NCBI GenBank assembly: GCA_002633005.1
Contig: NMRA01000659.1
Span: forward strand, 124,001 to 188,000
Direction: 5' to 3'
Origin: Phoronis australis
Taxonomy: Eukaryota; Animalia; Phoronida
DNA length: 64,000 nucleotides
In this document: positions 37,801 through 49,800 of the stretch, piece by piece
How the letters are laid out: the number at the start of each line of letters is the position of its first letter
Numbering within the stretch: position 1 is the first letter of the stretch
Translations under genes and position numbers: made by a program
The notes under the pieces: model-generated
Told to the model about the DNA's origin: nothing
Seen by the model: the letters and a program-made list of their open reading frames with translations, nothing else
Databases searched by the model: none

Positions 37801-40800
37801 GGACAAATGATATCAAGAGAGCGGTAGCAATGTTTAAAGAAGAAAGTCAATTTATTCATAAACTTCTCACAATAGGATGTTATCTTCGGCAAGTTTTCAC
37901 ACTCACCATGTAGTGAATTTATTTTATCAATTATTAGTAAATATTATTTGTATCACAGGAGATTAATGAATGCTAAGGATTGTGCTGGATACTAAGACAG
38001 GCATTAATTTTTTATTTTGAAAATTTCTTGTACTAAATTTTTAGTAACACCAGGGTTAGAGTCAATTAATGTTTTAGCAATACCCAGGTTAGAGTCAATT
38101 CGTGGGCTTGGGAAGAACAGGCAATTCGTTGTTGTTTAAACTGTCAAGAATTTGTAGTTGTTTGAGATAAGGCTTGATAAGTTGACTTGTCACAGTCCAT
38201 CATGTTATAGGTAATGGTCTGATATAACGTGCAAGAATTTTGCAAACCAGTTTTCTCCACTGAATAACGGGCATCAAACTTGTTCTCAAAACACGGGCGC
38301 GTTATATCAGACTATTGCCATGTTATGTGCAAAGCACGATCTCAAGTACAATCAAACTGTTCTTCTATGGCTTAGAAACCATTCTTATCTCAGTAAAGTA
38401 GGAGTGAGACTGGTTTTACAGTCAGGGACAGGTCTATATCAAAACTTCTAGCAGTTTAAGGTGCCAAATTCTTGCCTTCTTTACCTCTAAAACTGAAATG
38501 ATAGTGACATTTTGTGGACTAAGCTGTTTTTTTCATACAGGGTAAGGGCGCAAACTCGAATCAACTGATAATGAAAACATGCACTAAGTTGAACTACTTC
38601 AAGACTTTTTATTTCATGAAAAACTAATAATTGAATAAATGCAGTCAACAAGACTTATTTCTTTAATTTGAAAATTGTGCTGCATTGCTCCAACACATCT
38701 TCAATACTTAGTCACTTGAAATGAGAAAAAGGGGGAGTTTGCCACATTATCTCTTTGGATGTTCAATGATCACATTCATGTGGGAGGTCAACCCTAGAAC
38801 TTTGGCCGGTGTTTTTCAACTGTGTTTTCTCCTATTTCAAGTTGAAAACTTGAACATAAATGTCCGTTGATTCAACTTTCCCACTGGAACTAATTGCATC
38901 ATCAAATTCTTCGACCTTCAGGTCTTTAAAGGTCATTAGGTAACCAAAGCGACTGTATAGATTAACAGCACCTAGTAGGGTAAACCCCACAACCCAATTT
39001 CTTAAAATTACAATTTAAGTACCCATGTCTAATTTGATTTCCAGGATCGCCAACTTAATTACCCAAGGCATTAACCCAAATTTTTATGGAGAATAAAGTC
39101 ACTGTGCACTACCTTATTTTCCACTATTTCATGCCGAGTCTGTTTTTTCCTATTCTCAAAATAGACAAGGCAGTAACTTCACGATTTGACTGTATAACTG
39201 CCAATCAGTCGTCATCTGGCCACCAGTATAGCACATAGGACATACACCAAATCTTACTAATGAAATAACTTCAAGTTGGTAAATCACATAGTTACATAAT
39301 CAAGATATTAAGAAGATGCCAGTTTCACCAATTGGTATGACTATTAAATGAAAAAGTGGATCAGGTGATTTTTTTAAATAAAAAATGCATGACTTCCACT
39401 TATGAAATATTATTAGAAATAGCAAGAAAATATTTTACCTGGACCCATTTTTGTTATCTCACCTGTAAGTTGTCGAACTTGCCAGATAATGTAAATACAT
39501 TCGTTGTTGTCTTGAGGTGGCCCAGAAACATGTTGAACCCTTGTAGCACAATGCCGTCATGGATGTGGATCTTGTCCAGCTAATGTAGAGAAAACAGAAT
39601 ACATAATCATTCTGCAATATAGAAAAATACATTTAACAAAGTTTAGGCAAATGTCACATAAAAGTTCATTTTTACTACTAACATAACTTTGCATGTAATC
39701 TACAAAATTCGAATCATAGTGAAAAATTCCCCTCCTGCAACACCATGAAAGTGATTCTCACAACTGCTTTGTGGATATACTAAAAGTGAAATAGAATGTG
39801 AAAAACTGACCAAAGTCCCTTATTTAAAGTGCTTCTCTGCCACCATAGACTATAATAGTACAAGGACCGCCAACACCATATATTTTCAATGAATGAAATC
39901 TGTGGTCAGACGCACAAGCAGTGATGTCATTATTCACTAGCGAAACCTGGCCAAATTAGCAAGTTTTATTTCCGGCAAGTACGTCATCTGCTAATCATGG
40001 TGGGTCGGCTGTTTTGTGGCTGGGTGTTCGGCCACACACGTGAAATGTAAAGGACTAAGTTGCCACAGTGTCCACCAACCACACAACCTGCTTTGGAAGC
40101 AAAAGCTCATTTCCTGCGTGAAGGTGAGGGGTAGCTGCCTCAACAAGAACACTTCATTCATTTGTTCAAGACATTTTGATGATGCATGTTTTTTAAGAAG
40201 CTCTGTTGATGTCAAAGCATTTTTCGTTTGGTTTCAAATTTTGATAAAACGATCAATCAACAGCTCGTCACTTCGTCGATTTTTCTCCCACATGGCAGAG
40301 AACCTCCATTAATTTGGTACGGCAAGACACTGATGTAACTAATTTCCCCTATGCGGAAAATGTGACATTTGACCTTTGATGTAAACAAAACAATGGCAAT
40401 TTCAACCAGCAGCAAATCCAACTTCTTTGAATGTATGTGCGGAACATATTGTTAGGGGCGAGGAATGTGAATACTGCACTGGGATGAAATTTTTAAATAT
40501 TTCAAATTTATTTAGTAGAATCTGTGTTTCAAAATTGTGAATGTCAATTTTTTCTAGACATTCTTACAACTTTCGAAGTGAATAACTCTTACATTAGCAT
40601 TTCAAATAAGTACGTCCACCACAATCTGTTGAAAAGTTATTTTTAATTTGGAGTTTTTGTGTTCCATGCCTCTTTAAATCCGTACAACAGCAATGCATTA
40701 CACAACTCAAGACACATACCTGGACAGATACATCAGACTGTAATACTCTGACACCAGATACCAGGCACTCACTGCCGACTGAGGTCCGTGCTGGCAGCGA

Positions 40801-43800
40801 GCAGTGACTAATGATGGACTGTCGTCCGACACTGGAGCCCGTCCCCAACATCGAGTTCATCACAACACTGCTGAGGTCAATGGAAACATCCTGATATAAA
40901 GAGAACATTAAACTGATCACATTCATCAACACACAATACTGTAGAGACATCCCTGTGATAACACTAGCTGTTTTAAATTTATTAGTTAGACAGAAAAAAC
41001 AACATAACACTACAGGCAACTGACATATTCAGCAGAAATAGAAAAAAAATTTACATTGATCCTACATAAAATCAAGTGGCACAGTCTATGTAAACTGGTT
41101 TCCCTTTCAATTCACTGTTTAAATAATTTTATGAAACCAAAACAGCACAATAAGGAAACCCATAAAAACTGGATTGTCTTGAATATTACTTGCCATCTGT
41201 GATATCGTTTTCAACATTGAGTGGGAACAGAGAAATAACCTGCTATTGGCTTAAATTGGTGATATTATGTTCTGAACAGATGACGTAACATTATTTTTTT
41301 TTAATTAAAATTGATGCGGTCATATTATGATTTTCCGAATTGAAGAGATTATAATTTTATGAATTGAAGCAGACATATCAAGATTTTCTGTTATAAAGAG
41401 GTCGTATGATTTTTGAATTACAGTGGTCATATAATAAATTTTCTGAACTGAAGAGGTCACATCACGATTTCCAGAATTAAAGAAATCACATTATGATTTT
41501 CTGAATTATTGTACTCATATCATGATTTTATAAATTGAAGCAGTCATATTAGGATTTTCTAAATTGAAGTAGTGATGATTTTCAGTCGAGTGCTCAAAAT
41601 ATTACGATTTTGTGCATCGAAGCTGTCATACTATGATTCTCTGAACTGATGACATCACAAGATTTTCTGAACTGAAGCGGTGATAGGATATTTTGAATTG
41701 AAGCACTCATATCATGAGATATTAATGAATATAAATTTTAAATTAATTTCTGAATTGATGCTTCGATATTGACGAATTGAAGCAGTCGTATTATGATTTT
41801 TTGAACTGATGCAGTCATATTACGATTTCCTAAATTGAAGCCATCACATTTATTTTTGTGAATTAAAGTGGTTACACACTTCTTTGAATTAAAGCAAAGC
41901 CATAGTGTGATTTTCTGTTTTCAAGCGGTAAAAATCATGAATTTCTGAATTCAAACGGTCATGTTATGATTTTCTGAAGCATTCTATGAGTCGTAAAATA
42001 ATGCTCTGAATGTTCTTCATGAAATGGAGGTAAAGTTCTACGAAGGCTAAACACACCAACAATCGGTGATACTTAATCGCCGCAGAGTGCTCTGAACGCA
42101 ACTACCCACAATTTATCTCTCCGCCCTTAGCGGCAGATTTTACTAGAACAGCCTTGAGACTGCCTAGGGTAATGTTGACCTAGTTGTGAGCTTGATTTTT
42201 TGGACAGCTGAACAGAAGGGATGTACAGTACGTTTAACTACTTCACTGCCAAGATTTCCTTAGAACTGCACTTCCCAATCCTTTTTGAGGATACCCACAA
42301 CATTGGGTGCAGTCACTGAAAATACACTAAAGAAACACTAAGAACAATCAATGAAAGGTTTTACTTAAAAATAAATTCATCCCAATCCCAGTACATACAT
42401 GTACATGTAACACTTAAAACTCGGATCCCCAATCGGATTCGTTTTGCAGTTGAGTCAATTAAATCTCGATGATGACCATTACATCAATCGCAGTTTGACA
42501 GGTAAGATATTAGCCACAGTTTGCTATAAAATATGCAAAAAATTCAAAAAGGTCTAAATCCATTTGATATTTGGTAATACTGGCTTTTTGTTGTTAAATT
42601 GTTAACAGTAGTTACTACATGATATTGAAGATCAAGAACAGCAAAGTACCCGACTCCCAGATCAACAGATTTGGCAGTGACCAATGACTTACCAGAAGGT
42701 GTGCATGGCAGTGACTGATAACTTATCAGTAGGTGTGTATGGCAGTGACTGATAAATTACCAGAAGGTGTGAGCGGCAGTGACCGATAACCCACCAGAAG
42801 ATGTGTACGGTACTGACCGATAACTTACTAGGTGTGCAAGGTAGTGAAAGAGTTTTGTAGGCCCAAAAATAACATAAATGTGTGATTTGTAGCATGTACA
42901 CGACTTAAGCAAAAAGAATGGCTACTGGCAATGCTTATTCAAGCTTGTTTTTTAATAGTTTTTAGTACCTCAATGACTGCAGGCAAGTTAAGACGAGGCC
43001 CATCTCCTGGGGAGTGTTTAGCAAGGATGAACCTCATGTAGTCACTGGCAGACAGTGATAAATAGTTGAATGCAGCACCCTCTAGTGACACTGGAAAACA
43101 TCAAACAACAATGTGGTCCTGGCCAAGGAACTCAGTCACATTCATGTGAAAGAAATTATTAAATAAGAGCAACGCGAAGCGTTGAAATGCGCCCACGAAT
43201 GCATCGCAAATGGTGTGCTTTTAGGTTTATTTATTTGTGGATGGACAGACGGAGATGGCGGAATAATGCGTCCACATATAAATATGTGGGCGCAAAAAAG
43301 GCTTCTTAGCATTGTAAAATTTTATACAATTATCAAATCTGATTTCTATGTGGCATCTGCTAACTATACAAAAATCTATTCAAAAATGATATTCAAATTA
43401 ACTAGATAATTCTTTTGAACAGACTTGAGAGTCAATTCAAACACCATAATAACAATTTCATCGTCAGTAATGAACGGAGTAATAACAACAGAGATGCACT
43501 CAGAAGAGGTCAGCACCGTGTCAAGAAAAACATGACTTCAGACAAATTAACCATTCTCGATCTAATCTCTTCCAGAAGTGAATTTTCTGCTTGGCTTCTA
43601 CACAACCCCATACTATAATACGCCAAGCCTTGTCAAAACAGAACAGAAGGCATGCTCAAGGTCAACTATGACGCAGTGTCGCAGTCCCCTAAGATTTTAG
43701 GAAATATCCGAACATGCCACGAGCTGACTTCTCAGTATCCTCTTAATTAACTTCACATTGTGAAAGTTGGTCAAATATAAAGGACTTGATATTTAAGCTA

Positions 43801-46800
43801 TTCTTAGGAAACCACGCAGATAGGATAACCAAACTAAGATAAAGACCACAAACAAACGTCCAGTGAAAACACTAGCAACTGCAACTCTTAACAAGATGGA
43901 TAATTGGAAAGCTGAAAGTAGTCCAGCACAAAGCCCCACAAACAGTTGCAGGTCCATATAGTTACTGTTACTTGACACAGTCCCTAGATACATACCAGCC
44001 TTAACCTTCAATCTGTTCAGGTTTCTCCACAGTACAGCCCTGGCATTGTATATCGTCGTCTGCGTAAAGGTATCCAAGGACTCTACGCGACAGCCTCCAC
44101 TGGTTGTGCGGAGATACTTGTGCAGCATATGGACAAAGTCCTTCTCTTCAGTTTCTGTGTACATAGGCGCGAGCAGATCGAAGAAGATTGAAAACTGCAA
44201 AAATTATTAAATGCCACCAAGCAGGGTTTGACACTAACAGTAGTCTGAGAGGCAGACAGCAAGTAACTTTTGCTATTGGGTACTAAGTGAAATTTCAAAA
44301 GTAGAATGTCCGACAGCTAGGCTACTTGATTAGAACTTAGTAACAGTGAACTTGACTGTATATCCAGATCAATTGGCACAACCACCAAGCTTGCAAGCTT
44401 GACTTGAAGGCTTTCCAACTCAATAATTTGGGCAAGCGAAGTGTTTCCTTCAGGCAAGTGACAGGCGAGTTAATGAAAACGTTAAGTGTCAAACTCTGCC
44501 TCAGGCTTAAAATCATGGCTGCTGTGAATAGACTACACGGACCATAACATTAGGTGCTGCACTATTTAAAACTGACAGGATTCTATAAGTAGATCAGTCA
44601 GATAGGCGCTCTATATTGTGGGGTTACCTACACAAGGTTGATGATTATCTTTCTGATGATTCTTGAATTTGGGATGATAAGCATTTCCTATTTCTAGAAT
44701 TTGGGACAATTGTCGGCCTTGAGCAAAATAACTCAATTTTCACTGTCTCAAACTGGATAATTTTTACCGTTAATGTTTCAACAACCCTAAAGGGGGACGA
44801 ATGGAACAATGCAACAAAAGAGTAGAAATTGCAATGCACGAGTTTCTCCTTTTCTCTTGTAGTTAACAATTTTTTTGTAAATCAAAGACAGTGATTGGGC
44901 TCAACTTTTAAAGACAACTTCAATTTTGATAGATTGCAGTGCTAAAAATGGCCTGCAATTTTTTGCTGACGGTTTTGTAGGACAAATGGGCAGAGAAAGG
45001 CAATCCGAGTGCTTATGGCACTAAATGTTTAAATGCATCAATTGTTTTTTCTTACCTCTATAGAGGGCGCCCCGCTGTCTAACCCATAGTAAGTGCATCC
45101 ATTCAGCGGTGGTATTGCGTGGAATGAAGTCAGAATATCCGCTACCCTGGGACTAAAGTAGACAACTCCGAGAACCTGAGAGTGGAAAATGAAACAAGAA
45201 TCATAGTACAGTAGCCAACGAAAGTTTTGTGCCACAGTTGAAATAATACACCTAATCATAATTGTTTTTACACAGAAATGTGATGTTTCAACAAATTCAT
45301 AGTGCTTCATGATAAAATGGAGTGGCCTCGAAAAAATGGAAAAATGGTTAACATGACATTCCTTACCAATCCATTATGAAATGCATGTTGAATTGATAAA
45401 ACTTTTATCAAAATAAAAAATAAAAAAATAAAATTGATTAAATAATATTGAAAACTTCCATCTATCTTGTCAGCTACATATGGCTCCATTTACCCACAGC
45501 TCATCATGAGAACATCATACTGAATGCTTAATTTAATGTAAGGTAAAAATTAATAAAGTTTCAATGAAACAATTATACCTGTTTTATCATTCTCAAGACT
45601 TGTTAAATTGCTGCTAATTGACGAGTAATATTGATAAACAGAATACAAAAATTATAAAGATAATTCAGATAAAACAACCAAAACCCAGTAAGAGCTTGGA
45701 TATCTCAATGCACACTTACCAGATTGTATTTGCCATCAAACCTGGCATATTGCCGCAGAGTCTCTGGGCTGCCTTTGTATACAGTGTTCGCAATGTAACC
45801 CTAAAAATAATACAAAGTCCAGTTATGGACATTGTGGACCAGGATGCCAGAAGCATTATGTCAATTACAACACGCCCCGCACACTAAGTAAGGTTGACCG
45901 AAGAAGAGTGATCTATTGTGAAGCCTGGGTTGAGTTCAGTATTGTAAACCCCTATGGAAAATAGGCATACGCACTCATCTGGCTACACGCGTTACAGTTT
46001 GTGTAAAATAAACAGCAATACCACGCAATGAAAAGCCACATCAGCTTGCAAACGAAGTTGCCAAGGCAACCTAATGTCAATCACGAGCTGGTGTTCAGTC
46101 GCTACTATGACACGTCCAGCATTGAGGAAGGACACTACCTGGTTTAACTCTCTAGTACTCACTAATTACCTGATGGATGACATCAAAGTAGATAAATTGT
46201 GTCTTCCCGCAATGGATGCCATCAAGATAAAGGTCACGCATTTGGAAAACATTAGCAACTACTTTGCATTCGGCACACTTGCATCAGGCATGCACTGAAG
46301 TTTACGTATTGTAAGCCTGTAGACAAACCACCCATACCTCATCATTTATCTTGTATACACCATGTTGACAGGCAATGTCTAGCGATGATATAGGAACACT
46401 AAGAGACAGAACATCAATATCATCGGTCCACTGGATATCTGCAACAGTGTATCAAATGTAATACCAAGGCCACTGGATATCTGCAACAGTGTACCAAATG
46501 TAATACCAAGGCCACTGGATATCAACCCACTACATTATTATTAAAATTTAATACACAATATTTATGTGAGAATGCAGCCTACATGAAACACTTGAGGAAA
46601 ACGGAAGGGCAAAGATTAAAAGATTTAATTTAGTATAACCTCATGGTCTGAAATGCATGACTATTGTATTACACACAATCACGCACACGCATGGCAACAT
46701 GGTTGTTTTCATTTATTGAAAATTAAGCAAGTTAACACTATCTACTGATAAATATATAGCGTAAATCTTATACAGTATCTACCGATAAATAAGTGTAAAT

Positions 46801-49800
46801 CTTAGACCGGTGTGGAAATATAGATTCACAATTTTTTTAAGTCTGGTCTGCATGCCACCTATTGGCCACATCATGTGACCTAATGAATATAAGTCCAACA
46901 AGATTTCTGGCCCCGAGCGGGACTCGAACTCAAGACCTTCTGCTAACTGTGCAGATGTTCTAGCCACTGAGTCATCAGGACCACCGGTCAAACACAGAAA
47001 TCCAATCAGACTTAGCAGTGGGCATACCGCCCATAAAATTGTGAGTGTAAATATAATTATGTAAATCTTATACCGGCGTGGAACTATAGATTACAAACAT
47101 TTTTAAGTCTGGCATGTATGCCACATATTGACCACATCACATGACTTAATGAATATAAGTCCGAAAAGATTGCTGCCCCCGACCGGGACTCGAACCCAGG
47201 ACCTTCTGCTAAACGTGCAGACGCTCTAACCACTGAGTCATAGGGAAAATCAGTCTTCAAATTGTCAGTCAATGTACGTAATGCAAAGAATTTTACCACT
47301 GGCCAACAGAAGAGAAAGAATCGAAAAGAAAAATATACTGTTGGTACCAGGATGACAGATGTAACAGGAAGTTAGTGCTCTGATAACTACAACAGCAGTG
47401 TGACTTACTAGGACTGACTGGCACATCCAGCAACATGTCTGTACTACACACCCACACACCAGGTGGCGATCCCACTGTTATCTGAACAGAAAAGAGAAAG
47501 AAATATTATCATAGCTGTGCTACACTTTCAGCTGCCACTATGACCTGGTAATAAAATTCAGCTTGTCTCATTGCCATATTGCATCCACTTTACATTGCTA
47601 TTTTGTTTAGGTCACTCGGCAAAAGCCACTAAGTTACAGGGGCCCAACAACTGGAGAACCTGCAGTGAGTTTTCTTAAATAAATAACGAGTATCAAACTG
47701 GTCAAAATGCAAGACCAGTGTGAGCGACCATTGCCTGTGACTAACTAGGGGCATCTACAAACTTACAGCCTGTGGAACAGTCTAATAAAGATTGAAGTAC
47801 AACTTCTCAACTTCAGGGGCTGACAACTTGCGACAATTAAATTCTGTGATGTTGTGTTCTCAATTGAAGAAGCTTGTGCAGGCCCAAATTGTCATAAAAT
47901 CTAAACTTTGACACAGGTGTATACACGTGATCAGATGTTCCGTGGAAGGTGTCTTTTTAGGGTGTTGTTTTAAAAAAGTACCCTCTTAGATGCGATTTGA
48001 CTGAGCACACAGTAAAGGATTCTGAAATTCGAAAAATAATTGCTTCACCAAAAACTGTCATTTTTCCGTAAGAAAAGATCAAAATTTCATCATGTGTGTG
48101 TTGATGACAGCTGCACAGCATAAACTGACAAACAATAAAAGTGAAATTTTCTTCCTGTTTATTTTTGTCGAACATTTCGCTTAAAGTAAAATTTTGGTGG
48201 TCCATCATATCACGTTCTAAATTAAAGAAACTTTACTCCGTAATTTGTATTTTTCCGCTCACAAAATATAATAAATACACCAAAGTTACAAAACTGGCAT
48301 GAAACGTACTGTCGCCACTACAGGATGAGCAATTCTCTATTTTTATAAAGCAAAGAAGCAAGATGTTTAGTTTATCAAATAACGAAATCAATGAACGTGA
48401 ACATAAAACAATAAAATACATTAATTAGTAAAATATACAGCAGGCAGAAGAAGTGAAAAGTCCATCAATTTACAGGGGATAGGAATGTTGAGATAATTTT
48501 TTAAGGGAGGCTGTGACACTTTGGACCTGCACAAAGCTACACCACATATTGTAGTAGTACACACTGTGCTCAATGCTCAGTTCATGTAATGTCCATGTTA
48601 CCTTATTCTCTAGTGTTTGTAGTAAGGCATCAATGTTGCTCATTAACCCCTCATGTCCAAGCTCCGGTGGAGCCATCTGTGGGAGTGTGGTGAACGTTCT
48701 GCCACACGCATCGTAAGGGAAATCCCTTCCCTGAAATGACAGCCAGAGTACACATGACATGAAGTTTGAGAATAGCATTAGGCCCTCAACTATTCAAATA
48801 TATCTAAGCCCTTTTACAAGATCAGTGCAAAGCACTTAAATGTGCCCACAACTGCACTGCGAATGGTATGATTCTAGGTGTTTATTAGTATCAATAAAAA
48901 GGCCACTAGAGGGAGCAGTATATGTCAAATCTGAAAGGAACAAGGTAAGCATTGTTTTCTCCTTAATAGAATCCTATTTGCAAAATTTCATGAACAACAG
49001 TCAAGGAACTGTGGAGATGTAGAGCCATATGCAGGCACACTCTCCTCAACTAAAACCAAATATCATAAGATTCGTTAAGACACTTGGTAGATACTGAGGT
49101 ACCGGCAAAAAATAACAAAATAACATTAGGGGGTGCCACAGCAGTTGGACCCATTGAAAAATCTTTCACTCACAATTCAAATAAGACTGGACTGCCACCA
49201 AGGGGCACAACACATGTTTGATTCCATCCGTAAATGGGAACATGTAGTCAGGTCTTTAATAGAAAACTCATAGGCAAATTTCAGGAAAATCCGTTTAGGA
49301 ACTTGGTAAAAAGAAAACTTGCCAATAATACATCGACAAATTGAAAATTGCCACTAAGGGGTGCAGATTATGCAGAATCTGTCTAAAAATGTCAATTAAT
49401 TGAGGTACTGCGCCTCCATAACAGAAGCCTCTTTGCAAAATTTCAGGAAAGAACTTGGTGGATGTTGAGGCAAACGTAAAGAACTACAATTACCACAAGG
49501 GGGCACAGCCGTAGTCAGATCTATCCAAGAATTCACTCGTGGTGACCCATACAAAATATGATGTCCGCACAAAATTTCGTGAACATTCATACGGGAATTG
49601 AGAAGACAGTGTGGCTCAGTGGTTTGAGCTCAAGACTCCCAATTGGGAGACCCGGGTTTGAATCCACTTTATACTGGCTGACAACTGAGCACTGCACAAA
49701 GGTGTATCTTACTCCCCAGAGATCAACCTTACTAGTGAATGTATGCATGGTAATGAATGAGAACTTGGATATAATGCAGAAGCAATTTCTGGGGCTGGAT

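Noticed and set aside
46909-47245. Functional tRNA genes
   Set aside because: Non-canonical anticodon loops, imperfect acceptor stems and a shared downstream body point to SINEs or pseudogenes.
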